A stretch of 64,000 nt of DNA, taken from an uncultured Planctomycetota bacterium. Its GTDB lineage: Bacteria; Planctomycetota; Planctomycetia; Isosphaerales; Isosphaeraceae. Made by a program: the position numbers and the translations under genes. The stretch lies in the NCBI GenBank assembly GCA_963823665.1, contig CAWGMQ010000010.1, positions 2,336,001-2,400,000 of the forward strand, written 5' to 3'. A model generated the notes under the pieces. It was not told the DNA's origin. It did not search any database and worked only from the letters and a program-made list of their open reading frames with translations. Positions 32,524-45,068 of this stretch are shown here, piece by piece (the stretch's first letter is position 1; every line of letters starts with the position of its first letter).

Positions 32524-33917
32524 GTGACAAGAGCGACCGATCAAGGGGGACGAAGAGCGCCGGAACCACGATCCGATTCGCCTCGAGCGTCGACGGCGTG
32601 GTCGATACCGGAGATCCGGGTCATCAAGGATGATCAAGGACGCTTGCGGATCGACCAAACCGACCCTGCCACGTACGGCGCGTATAGCGCCCGTCAATTC
32701 CTGGCGACCGCCCTAGCCGACCCGAGTTACAGGGACGTGATGACCAAACGTCCCTCGACGTCCTCGATCAAGATCACCTATGTCAACCGCGTCGGCCAGC
32801 GTCAGGAGATCGGCGTCCGCGAGATCTTCTGCCGGATGAACGGGGATGCGCTCGTCCTGACCGAGTTCGAGGACGCAGACGGTGTGAAGGTAAAGGACCT
32901 GCCCATTACAGTCCCCTTGCTCGGCGAGCTGGACGACGATGTGGACGACGCAGATCGACTCCATGAGCTTGCCCTGGCCGAGCTCGGTGACCTACCGTCA
33001 CCGCCCGCCGAAATTGAAGCGGAGCATGAGGCGCCCGGCCGGCGCCGTCTCAGGCGCGGCGGCTCCCGTCAGGGCCACTTCGGCAATATGACCAGGCGGC
33101 TGCTCCGGCTCCGGCTCCGGCAGCGGGCACGGTCATGGCCGCCACACCGGCCGCTGAGCCGGCACCGCGCAGCCCAGCAGCCATGCCGCCTGTGACAACG
33201 ACGACGAGAGCGACCACCGGCCCCCCGGCCGGTTCGACCGTGCGGGCGATCGACGAAAGTGAAGCAGCCTCACTACGTGTGCTGATCGAATCCAAGGCGG
33301 GACAGACGCGGTGGGCCAACGAGATCCTCATGCAGGCAGCGGAACGCCACCCGAGCGATCGAAGGCTGCAGAACGAGCACCTCGCGAACCTCCTGCGGGT
33401 CTCTCTCGATCCGACGCGGGCCGAGTCGCGGACGCCGCTCGCCGCCGCATTGCGCGGCATCCTCGAGGAGGTGCACGCATACAAGGCAGGCGTACTGGAC
33501 CGCGATCCCCTCAAAGCGGAAAAGCTCGCACTCCAGCCCCTCGCGCGTACGGCGCTCGACCCGACGCCGACGGACGACGCTCCTGTGAAGACTGTTTTCG
33601 GCACTGCTCAGAGAACTCCGGCTCAGGTTCTGGCGAAGCTCGAAGATCCGAAGCTCGCCCGGGCCACCCGCGTGAAGCTACTGCTCGAGATCGTCCCCGA
33701 GCTGATCGAGACCTGGCGACCAGACAAGGAGAGCGGCCGCAGCGAGGCGGGCAACGAAAGCAGCCCCGCGATCGTGCGCAGGATGTTCGCGGTGGCGAAC
33801 GAGCAGCGTCAACTGCGAAAGTTCATCGACGACGGCTCAGCCTTCAAGAAGGCGGGTGAGAGGTACGCAGGACTCGAAGGTAAGTTGCCGAAGCCATCGG
33901 CTACGGACGAGTCGTAG
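32524..33917 (+). CDS. Hypothetical protein with central Pro/Ala-rich linker (probable frameshift near 33040-33080)
   Basis: Two consecutive ORFs with coding-like codon use. Confidence 0.55.
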
Positions 33918-34566
33918 GAGGCTTCGAAGCGTAAGACGCGTCGGTGGACGGCTGCCGCGCTGACGCTTCGCGTTGGTATGGTCGACGGGACAACCCACTT
34001 TTGAGCGTGGCCTGTTGTACGATTGGCGACCGTACGGTCGTGGCCTGGACCAGGGCGGTTTCGGCCCTGCCGGCAAGCGGCACTTCCTTCATTACCGGGA
34101 GGTCTCGCTGCGGGTTTTGCCAGCTTGCGCGATTGAACTGTTTACGCAGTGTGGCCTAAGTGGTAATTCTGGGGAAAACGGGGTGGGGGGGGGGGGGGGG
34201 GGGGGAATTTGCAATCGCGGGTTCTGCATCTTATATATTGGATTCAGAGAGACGGTCACGGGACCGGCGTTGGTCAGCACGATCGTCCGTGCTGGAGCGA
34301 CCGGGTATCGATCAACTCTTCCTTGTAAGTACGCTGCAATGAGTGTTCGATGCGGGATCGTGGGCTGGGACGAGCTCGGTGACGGCGAGTCGGCGTGCGC
34401 TGCGGATCTCATTGCCGATGATGCTATTTCGTCGGCCTTCGATTGCGTATCGGGGATACCCATGGCGCGGCGGGTGATGGCGATCGGGGGAGAGTTTTTT
34501 TTATTCTCGTAGCACTGAGTACCATTTCGTACCAGGGCTAGAGAACAAAAGGTCATAGGTGATGCG

Positions 34567-36420
34567 ATGAGCGTGCAAGGTGCGGCTGTTGTCGGGATGA
34601 ACGATGAGCGAGCTTCGCAAGGCAGTGCGTCTCGGTTCAATGCGCTCAAGCATGGGCTCACGGCGAAGACGCCGGTTTTGCCGGGTGAGGATCCCGCTGC
34701 GCTTCAGGCCAAGATCGACGCTTATCAAGCCAAGTATCAGACGAGAGACGAGATCGAGGGAGACCTGATGGAGATGGCGGCGATGGCTTGCTGGCAGTTC
34801 AAGCGGGCCAATCGAATCGAGGCCCACAGGGTCACGCGCGATATTGTGATGCGAACGGAGGCCGAAAAGGTTCGCGCGGGGAAGGATGTCGCGGGGCTCG
34901 GTCGTCGCTTGTTGTTTGACCGCCGCGGGCCCTGGCAGCTTTTTCCGTCCCGAGACTATGAGCACAAACAGCCGCGGACCTCGGATTCGGGGGAGCCTGT
35001 TGACCCCGATCAGCCGGCGGTGATCGTGCGCGAGCTTGAATCAACCCCCGAGGGCTGCGGCTGGCTGCTGGACCGCTGGTTCGAGCTGAGGAAGCCGCTC
35101 GAGAACGAGAGCGACGGATCGGGCTGGATTTCGTGTCAGAAATTCACGGCCATTCGGCTGCTGGGCAAGCAGCCGCTTGACGCCATCTGTGATCCCGAGG
35201 TGGCCATTGTGTTCCTCGCGAGTTACGCCATTTGGCCGAATCTTCCGACGGCTTTTCACGAGCTTCGGTGCGAGATCCATTATGATCAGGTTGAGAATTT
35301 TGAGGGCGAGCTGTACCGGGACGAGTGGCAGGCAATCACTCCGGCCGATACCGCGGCCGGGCGGAAGGCGCTCTTGGAGATCGTCGACAAAGCGATTGAC
35401 CGGTTGCTGGGGCTCCAAGCCGAGGGGGGGAAGTCGCCGACTTCCTCGAGGAGGTTCAGTGCAATCTCCCGAGCGACGAGGAGCGCAAGACGATGGCACA
35501 GATTCAGCGCCATCGGGAGAATGCCAATCGACTGGTGGTGCGGAACATTGAGGTGATTGAAAGGGCGCGACGGTATGAGGCGGAAGGGTGGGGGAAGGCC
35601 CGGCGGGAGCGAGAAAGGCTGAAAGAGCAAGCGCGACGCGGGCATATGATCGATGAGCGGTTTGTGATCGACGAGCATGGGACCATTCACCATGCTCAGG
35701 GCTATGACGGCGAGCTCGACGCAGGCCTGGCGCGGTGGAAGGCGCGGAACGGGAAGCAGCCGTTTGAGTGCTATGCCGATGCGCAGCGCGCGGCCGATGA
35801 GCGCATGCAACGGGCTGTTCCGGATTATACGCGGTGGGTGGACGGAGAGCGCGAGCAAGCGGCTCAAGGCGCGGGGATGACGCGGGCAGGAGACGGGACG
35901 GAGAACGGGGGCGGGGTGAATGTGGGTGGCCGCTGCGAGGGGGGTTTTGAGAGCAAAACCGGGGATGGTGCGCGTAGCGGTTTTGTTCCCGTAAACCTTA
36001 TTGGGCAAGGGCCAGCGACGAAAATACAAAACGAGATTGGTGCGGCGGGTGGGAGCGATTGTGAGCGGGACGGTGGTGGTGGGGTGGAGACCTGCGGTCG
36101 GGGGGACGGCGGCGACCCTTCGAGTGCCCGAGGCCCGCGCCGAACAGAGGAGACCTGCGGTCGTGGGGACGGCGGCGACCCTTCCGGTGCCCGAGACCCG
36201 CGGCGAATGGGAGATGGAGTGGAGACATGCGGCCTGCGGGAGTCGAGTGGTGTCGTTCCGTTAAGCCTTATGGAGAAAGAGCCAGCGACGAAAACACAAA
36301 ACGAGATCGGTGGGACGGAACGTCAGGCTGGAAAGCCTGAGCTACGAGTTGTGGCCTGTATTGGATATGATAATAGTAGTGGCCGAGATGACCGTCGTGC
36401 TTCGCTGACCGGCATCGTGA
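34567..36420 (+). CDS. 'SRFNALKHGLTA'-motif hypothetical protein (frameshift near 35430; true end uncertain)
   Basis: SRFNALKHGLTAKTPVLPGED; W...RA.RIE; C-terminal K.QNE repeats. Confidence 0.65.
36086..36208 (-). repeat. Two tandem REP variants (63-bp period) related to the RAYT REP
   Basis: GGAGACCTGCGGTCG..GGGACGGCGG...GAG(G/A)CCCGCG(C/G)CGAA at 36086 and 36149. Confidence 0.75.
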
Positions 36421-36425
36421 CTGAT

Positions 36426-36809
36426 ATGGGAAGGCTGGACTTATTGTTCGCGTATGGGACGTTGATCCCTCAGGATCGCGTGCTGCTCGCGAGCGAGGGC
36501 TGGGTGGCGGATGCTGTTCGTGGGCGGCTCTACGACCTGGGGGCCTATCCGGCGCTCGTGGACCTGGACGATCCGACCGCTGGTTGGGTGCAGGGCTATG
36601 TCCGTCCGGTGGCGATGGAAGAGCTGGAGGGACCGCTCGATCGGTATGAAGAGGTTGGTCGGGAGTTGTACCGCCGGGTGCGGGCGACGACACGTGACGA
36701 TCGCAACGTGTGGGTCTATGTTTATTCTCGGCCGCTGCCGCTGGAGAAACGCGGTCCGCTGGACTGCTGGCCGGCGCCAGAGGGCATCAAGGTGAGTCTT
36801 TCTTCTTGA
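36426..36809 (+). CDS. Gamma-glutamylcyclotransferase (AIG2-like) family protein
   Basis: LFAYGTL, GRLYDLGAYPAL, LDRYE, YRR, WVY. Confidence 0.85.
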   Translation: MGRLDLLFAYGTLIPQDRVLLASEGWVADAVRGRLYDLGAYPALVDLDDPTAGWVQGYVRPVAMEELEGPLDRYEEVGRELYRRVRATTRDDRNVWVYVYSRPLPLEKRGPLDCWPAPEGIKVSLSS

Positions 36810-36829
36810 ACCCGGCCTGGGAGGCCACG

Positions 36830-38556
36830 ATGTCCGGCACGTCGACACCGAAGAAACCAAAGCGGAATAGAAGCCCCAAGCCGAGTGGAAACGGAGCCCG
36901 ACGCGGTGGCGCGACGATCGGGGAGTACTTGATCGAGCGTCTGTCGGCCCTCGGGGTCGAAGCACGTCTTCGGGATTCCGGGTGATTATATTCTGACGCT
37001 CTACAAGATGATCGAAGAGAGCCCGATCAAGCTCGTGAACATGACAAGGGAAGACAACGCTGGATTTGCCGCAGATGCGTATGCGCGGATTCACGGGCTT
37101 GGTTGCATTTGCGTAACATATTGCGTCGGCGGGCTTTCCACATGCAACAGCATCGCCGGGGCCTATGCGGAGAAGTCGCCCGTGATCGTGCTAGCGGGCT
37201 CACCGGGGGTATCGGAGCGGGCGAGCAACCCGCTGCTTGCACCACAAGGTGAAGGGCTTTGAGACGCAGTTCGAGGTGTTTCAGAAGATCACGGGGGCGT
37301 CGACGGTTCTGGATCATCCGGAGACAGCCTTCAGCGAGATCGACCGCGTGCTGGAGGCGGCGGTACGGTACAAACGGCCGGTGTACCTGGAGCTGCCGAG
37401 GGATCAGATGCAGGCGCGTCAGGTGGGGCCGCACCGCGCGCCCGAGGGGCTTCCGCCGTCGGACCCGGATGCGCTTCGGGAGGCGATTGACGAAGCCGCG
37501 GAGCTACTGTCGGCGGCGCGGCGGCCGGTGATTCTGGCGGATGTGGAGATTCACCGGTTCGGCTTGCAGGATGAGCTGGTGACGCTGGCCGAATCGACGG
37601 GCATGCCGATCGCGACGACGATCCTGGGTAAGAGCGTGATCTCGGAGGCGCACCCGCTGTTTGCCGGGATTTATGAAGGGGCGATGGGGCGGGCCGAGGT
37701 GACGGAGCTGGTGGAATCTGCGGACTGTCTGCTGATGCTCGGCTGTTTCTTGACTGATATCAACATGGGCATCTGGACGGCCAAGCTCGATCCGTCCAAG
37801 TGCATTGACGCTACGAGCGAGGCGCTGCGGATCAAGCGGCACCATTACTGCGACGTGCGGCTGGACGATTTCATCCGTGGGTTGATCGCGCGGAAGCTCA
37901 AGGTGGCGCGGACACCGTTTCCAAAGCGGTCGCCGCCGTTTGCGGGGCTCGAAAATGCGGCGGCCGCGACGCCGATGACGTCGGCCTTGCTGTTCGCCCG
38001 GCTGAACCGGATGCTCGCGGCCGCCCCGGGGATGACGGTGATCGCGGACATCGGCGATTCGCTGTTCGGGGCGGCCGATCTGGAAATGAATCGCCAGACC
38101 GAATTCGTGAGCCCGGCTTATTACACATCGATGGGTTTTGGCGTGCCGGCGGCGGTGGGGGCGAGCATGGCCAATCCGGGCGCCCGGATTCTGGTGGTTG
38201 TCGGCGACGGAGCGTTTCAGATGACGGGCATGGAGATATCAACGATCGCTCGGTACGGGCTCAATCCGATCGTCGTCGTGCTCAACAATCACGGGTACAC
38301 GACGGAGCGGTTTCTGCTCGACGGGCCGTTCAACGACATCCAGGGCTGGGCGTATCACAAGATTCCCGAGGTTGTCGGGGACGGGCTGGGGCTCGAGGTG
38401 CGCACGGTGGGAGAGCTCGACCGTGCGCTCGAGAAGGCCGTTGCGAACTTGAAGTGCTTCAGCCTGATCAACGTGCACATCGACCCGTACGATCGCAGCC
38501 CGGCGCTGGATCGGCTGGCGCAGCGGCTTTCAAAGATCGTCACCGCTTCGGAATAA
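36830..38556 (+). CDS. TPP-dependent alpha-keto acid (pyruvate/indolepyruvate) decarboxylase (frameshifts near 36960 and 37235)
   Basis: [35 protein letters not shown]...LNNHGY. Confidence 0.9.
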
Positions 38557-38598
38557 ACGGCTTTGGGTCGAGTGCGTTTTCATGGGAGAGGTAATGCA

Positions 38599-38668
38599 CA
38601 CTTTCGCGGAGCGAAAGGTGACTTTGGGCGGCCGAGGAATTGGGCACTTTCTCGGAGCGAAAGGCGAC
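38599..38668. repeat. Two copies of CACTTTC(G/T)CGGAGCGAAAGG(T/C)GAC between convergent genes
   Basis: Same family as 13401/13446. Confidence 0.75.
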
Positions 38669-38673
38669 TTTGG

Positions 38674-41418
38674 TCAGTGGAGGAGGTTGTCATCGAAGCG
38701 CTCTGTCTTGGTCTGAGTGGGAACGATGCCGCTCAGGATACCGATCTTGGGTCCCTTATGCGTCCAGGTGTAGGTCTTCTGACCGTGGAACCGGCTGCGA
38801 TCGAACACCGTGCTGCTCAAGGTGGTGATGCCCCTGACTTTGTGGCCCTGACCGCGGTTGGTCAGGTAGGGGCCGACGGTCTTACCCGGATGGTTGTAGG
38901 AGTAGATCCGCTGGCGGAAGCCTTGCGGGGGCAGGAACTGCTGGAGGGCCAAAGAAACCGGAATGGGCTGGTAGTTGAATGCCGAGAGGGCGGTGAGGGA
39001 GGGCGTGTACTGGTTGGCGCCGAAGGCCGAGATGAAGTTGGTTTGCAGGTTGGGGCCTGTGGGCACACCGGCGAGCCCGGAGATCACGGGCGTGACGGAG
39101 CCGCCGGTGACGGTGACCGTGGCGGTACCGGTCCAAGTGAAGCCGGGCAGGGGCGAGGAGGCGAGCGTCTGGCCGGTGATCGTGATCGTGTCGACCCCGT
39201 TGGGGAGCTTGAGCGCCGAGCGGGGGTTGATCGTGATGATCGCGTCCTGAATTCCGTTCAACCAGTCCGCCATGTTGGGGTCTGGAGTGAGCGTGGCGCC
39301 GGGGAATGCAACGCCGTTGACGGAGACGGTCGCGGGATTGATGTCGGTAACCGGCGCGAAGCTTGGAGTGGTGGACGTGGAACCGAAGACGTAGATCGGC
39401 AAGTTGGCGGGGGTGGTCGCGTTGATGCTGAAGGGACCGAAGGGCTGGCCGACACCGATCTGGGTGGTGACCTGGTTGCCGGCCGGGGGGATTGGCAGCG
39501 TGATCAAGCCGCCTTCGACGATCTGGGCACCGCCGGCGTTGGGGCGATCGAGCACGGGAGGAGTAGTCGTCGTACTCCCGCCCTGCGTGACGTCATAGCC
39601 GGGATCGCCGATGATGAAGTCACCGATGTTGTCGAGGTCGGCGGTGTTCGTGGTGGTCTGCAGCCGGCCGGAGACGGATGTTCCGAAGAGATTGGGGGAA
39701 GTCGGCGGCGAGTCGGGGGTGGTGAGCAGGAACTGAATGCCGGAGAGAGTCGAGCCCTCGGCCGCCGAAAGGGAAAACGTACCGGTCAAGCGCCGGAGTT
39801 CGGCCCGGGAGCAGGTAGGCAGTGCCGGTCGCTCGAATTGAAGCCGGGGGCGCCGATCAAGATCTCATTGGGCTGTCCGGAGTTGATGACGCCTACCAGG
39901 CTGACAGACGATCCGGCGAGGTCTCCGGCGTCGGCCCCGGTGAGCTGGACGGACGGGCAACGCGGTGGGGATACTGGCCAGGGAGATCGTGCCGGTGAGG
40001 TAATTGGCCGACGGTGCTGGACGCTCCGTAGAAGACGTAAACGTCGCCCTCGTTGGTCACATTGCTCGTGCTGAAGTCGGGAGCGCCGAAGATGATGTCG
40101 CTGAATACCGTCGCCGTTCCAGTCACCGGCGGAGCTGACCGAGAATCCCAACAAGGAGTTGCCGGCCGCGCCGACGAATTTCGCTCCGGGGATTCCGCCA
40201 GTGGCAGTGCTACCGACGTTGGTCAGGTTGACGAACTTGACGCCGTTGACCGTTGTTGCCAGGGCGGGGAGGCCCGAACCCCCGTAAACAAGATAAACGA
40301 GGCCGGCCCCGGACCCGCTTTGGGGGGCGCCGATCAGGAGGTCGTCTGCCCCAGAAGAGGCGGCGTTGACATTGCCGGCGTCGGCCACGGAGAATCCCGT
40401 CTGGTCGCCGGAATTGGCCCCCGCCAAGGTCAGCCCGGCAAAGCCGCCAGATTGGCCGATGGTCTTGACATCGATCGGGGCCGGATCCTGGCCCAGGCTC
40501 GTCAGAGCCGTGGTGGGTACGACATAGACCGCACCGGTGTTGACTTGCCCGTCCACGCTGGCGGAAGGCGCGCCCATAATGACATCGGAGGCGCCGTCGC
40601 CCAGGATGTTCACCCCGCCGGCGACCGAGGCACCGAGCTTGATGCCTGCGACCGAGCTAATGAAGGTGACGAAGTTGAGCTGGGTGTAGTTTCCGGGGGT
40701 GTCGAGGTTGATCGTCTGTCCGTTATAAGCGTTGAAGTTACCATAGATCAAATAGACTCGCCCGGTCCCGATGGAGCCACCGGGCGCCGGGGCATTCTGG
40801 GCACCGATCAAGAGGCCCTGCTTGCCGCCGATGTTGACGCCCGCGACCGAACTCAACCCCGACAGATTGAGCGTCGCGCTGTAAAACGTGACGCCGGCGA
40901 AGGGGTACGTGAGGTTGGTGGATGTGAAGAGGGCCGGGTTTTGCTGGGTTGTCGCGCCCAACTGGCTCAGGTCACCGACGCGGTCGTTGGCCTTGTAGTT
41001 GTAGACGAGTGGCGTCGTCGAGGTGGTTCCGATCCAGTTCTGGATCGTGGGGGGGGAGCCGGCCACATTCGACCCGAAAATCACGCTGACGTAGGCGGTG
41101 TTGATAAGCCCCAAATTCGCCGCCCTGCGCGGCGATCGCGAAGTCTTCATATCCGTCGCCGTTCAAGTCGCCGACATCCGCTACGCTTATACCGGCGGAC
41201 TTTGACGGTAAAGTCGTTGAAATATTAGGGATGCTGCCGCCTGCGAAATCCATTCCGAAGGGTGCGTTGGCGATGGTCGGGTTGGAGTTGGCGATCGAGC
41301 CGCCCAGGTCGATCGATAACAGCAGCTTGGCTTCGAGCCCCTCGCAAAGAGGCTGAAAATCATGGTGGCTGCACGCCCGCTGATTCGACTTTCGGGCCCG
41401 GCGATTGACGAAAAGCAT
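38674..41418 (-). CDS. Large secreted FG-GAP/integrin-alpha repeat protein (several frameshifts)
   Basis: EGLEAKLLLS N-terminal motif; repeated G.SVA..GD.NGDG..D..IGAP units. Confidence 0.8.
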
Positions 41419-41860
41419 CGGAGACTCCCTCCTCCACAAGCGTAAAGCCGTCCATGCACCGGTCCTACGTCCGGTTTCAACCCCGCGTGGGGCCGCCCTG
41501 CGGTCGGGACCGCAGGAGAGGGCCTCGTGCGTCCCCGTACCGAGCGGTCCGGTGCGGGCTTGCCGCGGTGGGCATCCTGTTACCTCAGGAGTTTCGACCG
41601 AACGCCGCGTTTCTCTCCACCGAATTCAGAACTTGTAGATCTCCTACGTTCCGCGGATGCGGCGCTTTGGGCTCAACTCGCAGAACCCACAATTCCGATA
41701 TATTTCGCAGACGCGGAACCCCCCGAGCCCACGCCGTGGTGTGCGCCTAACACCGGTCGAATGGACCAGTCGCGGCAAGAGAGAATGTCGAGAGACCCGC
41801 CAGAGATTCCGCGGCAGCGGTGGAATCTGGCGGCGAAATCATGCTGTCGAGGCGAGATCC

Positions 41861-44800
41861 ATGAAAATGTCGTGGAAGTGGACGACCCGGCACTCGGTCC
41901 GACGAACAGGGCTGAGCGCAATTCTCATTGCGGTTGCGGCCGGGGCGCCCATGGGGTGCAGGCGCGAGTTCTACCGAGAGTGGGCCAACCAGGATGCCTC
42001 CGAGGCGGTGTTCGAGAAGTCGCGGGATCCGCGGTGGCGGATCGACCTGTTCACGATCGAGCCGCCGATGCTGTCGCGGTTTGCCGATCCGTATGATCAG
42101 GACGTTCCGCCGGCACCGCCGGACGACCCTGCGGCCGAGGCGCTCTCGCCGATCCCGCAGTGGCCCGACAACCGGCTCTTGATGCCGATCGAAGGGACTG
42201 GCTACCAGGACCTCCTTGAATACTGGGCGCGTGACAACCAGGCCAAGGCGGCCGCGGCGGGCGAGCCTGTCCCGGCGGATGAGCCGGAGTACTGGCAGCG
42301 TGCGGACAATGGGCGGCACCAGGTAACGGACCCGCGACAGCCGGGCATGCCTGGCCAACCGCAGGACTCTCCAGCCGGCCCGGCCGTGCCACCTGAGACG
42401 GAATCCCCGTTCGCGCCCGAGCAGCCGCCGCCGATTCCAGGGCCACGCGCCGCGCCGGCGCCGGGACAACCGGGCGGGGCACCGGGAGAAGCGCGACCGG
42501 CGGCACTGGGCGCGGCGGCGACGCCGCCGGGCGCGGGCGCCAGATGCTGAAACCCGTCGGAGCAGGGAACTCGAGGACGGACGGTCTGCTCGTACGGATG
42601 CAGGACACGGGCGTGGCGGATCGACCGGGGTCTACGGGGCAGCGCCCGGCTGGTTCGAATCAGGACTCCGCCGCGATTTCCGGGACGAAATCCCCTCGTT
42701 CGACGCCCATACCTTTATCGACGAAAGTCGATCCGGCGGCGAAGCGTAGGATTCCGCCGCCGCGCTCCGGGGCGGATTTCGGGAAAAGCGCTTCCGTCCG
42801 CCCGAGATCGCTACAGGATCGAATGGTGTCACCAACCTCAGTTCAGGAGGGTGCTATACCGGCCCCACCTCCGGAAGCAGCCAGCTCCCCTATGCGGACG
42901 CAGATACTCGAGCTTGTCAAGCCGGTGATCGCCAGACTTCCGGGCGGGCAGGAGAGCCCGGTGCAAACCAGGCCAGGGACGCCGAGCCAGGACAAGCCGC
43001 CCGCCGCGTCTCCGAGCAACATTCTCGACCGCGAGATGCTGAAGGAAGCCCAGCCGGCGACACCCGCGCAGGTCGAGGAGGCTGGGCGGATGACCTCGCA
43101 AGAGGCGGCGGCGCTCTCGGACGTGCTCGTGCCAAAGGTGTATCTGCAAAACGACACGGAGGGGTACGGCTACCCGAAAGGAAGCCGCGTTTACAAGATC
43201 AACATGCAGCAGTCGTGGGCGCTGGCGATCCTCAATGCGCGGTTTTACCAGTACAACCTGGAGCAGGTGTATCTTGCGGCCCTGCCCGTCACGCTGCAGC
43301 GATTCTCGTTCGAGCCGCAGTTTTACGCCGGCATGGGTCAGGTGACGGGTGTGCCCCAGAACCAGAGCGGCGTGGCGCAGTCGACGCCGTCGACCCCGGG
43401 AGTGGTCACATCGCCGGGGCTCGGGTTCAACTATGCCACGCGATATGGTCCGAACGGCCAGATTTCGGCGCTGAACCTGGGAACACTGGCTGGATTCGGG
43501 AAGCTCTTCAATTCCGGCGGCCAGCTTCTGATGGGATTTGCCAATGAGGTCGCGTTCAACTTCCTGAACAAGAATCCGGCACAGCCGACGGTGATCTCGG
43601 CCTTGCCAATGAGCTTTGTGCAACCGCTATTGAGAGGCGGTGGGCGGGCCGTGATCCTCGAGCCGCTCACCACGGTGGAGCGCAATTTGCTGTACGCGGT
43701 TCGCACATTCACGCTGTTCCGGCAGCAGTTCTTCGTGGTGACCTTGACCGGCGGAAACATCCAGAACTTCGGTGCGGGGTTCCAGTTGTCCGGGTTCTCG
43801 GTACCGGGCAACACTGATCCGGTCATCGGCTTCCTGCCGGTCGTGTTCAATCTGGTGGAGGTTGAGGTTGACCGAAGGAACCTGTTCTTTTTGGAAAGCC
43901 TTGCTAGACTATATCAAGAGTTGATCCAGGGTGAGGCGTCGGGCTTGTCGCGGTTGCAAGTCGACCAGGTGATGCAGAGACTGATCACCGGCCGGCAGGC
44001 GTTGTTCATCGACAAGATCACTTATCGCTCGCAGATGGATCAATTCAAAATGCAGCTCGGCATGCCGCCGGACATGCCGCTCGTGGTCGACATGAGCCTG
44101 GCGCAGCCGTTTTACGACGTGTTTGACGCGGTCGACAGATGGCAAAGGAACCCGACCCGCAGCCTGGATGACCTGCCTGGAATCATCGCCAAGATCCCCG
44201 AGCTCGAGGATATCGACGTTGAAGGCCGGTCCGTTCTCGAGCCCTACCGCAATTATCGCAGCACCCTCAAGGAGTTCAAAGCCGAAAACGAAGAAGGCCT
44301 GGAAGACCTGCTCCAATCGGCCGTCCGGATCGCGCTTGAGTATCGCATGGACCTGATGAACGATCGTGCGATGCTTTACGATATGTGGCGGCAGATTCGA
44401 GTCACAGCCAATGCCTTGAAAGGCGTTTTCAATCTCGCCCTCACCAACAACGTTTACACTCCGGTCGTGAGCAATACCAACCCGTTTGGGTTCTTGAGCC
44501 AGGCGAAGCAGTTTTCGCTGACGTTGAACGCCGAGCTTGCCGCTTGTGCGGGTGACCGAGCGGAACAATTTCCGCACGGCACTGATCAACTACCAGCGGC
44601 AACGACGGGCGCTGCAGAACGCGGAAGACAATCTGAAGATCTCAGCTTCGTAATGATTTGCGATCGGTTCATCAGGCATACATCAATTATGAGATCGCCA
44701 AGCGGAACTACGAGCTCAACGTGCGGCTCAAAGATCAGTCGTTCGAGCAGATCGTTGCTCCACCGGCGGGTGGCACGCAGGCTCTGGCCCAATCAGCCAA

Positions 44801-45068
44801 CGCCGCCACGCAGACGACGAATTTGTTGAATTTCCAGGGGAACGTGATCACGGCAATGCTTGCTTTGACGAATGGCTGGCAGGGTTTCGAGACGACCCGT
44901 TTGATCGTGTACCGCGACATCGGCATCTTGCCTTATGATGAATGGGAGGCTTTCAGTGAACTTTTCCCTTCACAGTACCACGGGCCAATCATTGGCCAAG
45001 CTCCCGGCGGGGGGACAGGATTTACCCCGCCTGCAGAAGCCAGTGCGGCGACGCCTGAGCGCCGGTAA
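41861..45068 (+). CDS. Outer-membrane efflux (TolC-like) lipoprotein (frameshifts near 42540 and 44540-44650)
   Basis: Lipobox PMGC; QPLLRGGG...EPLT..ERNLLYAVR; first gene of an adaptor-ABC operon. Confidence 0.75.

Noticed and set aside
33973..34661. ORFs with poly-Gly/poly-Pro across the G tract
   Set aside because: Products of the homopolymer in an intergenic region with no coding signal
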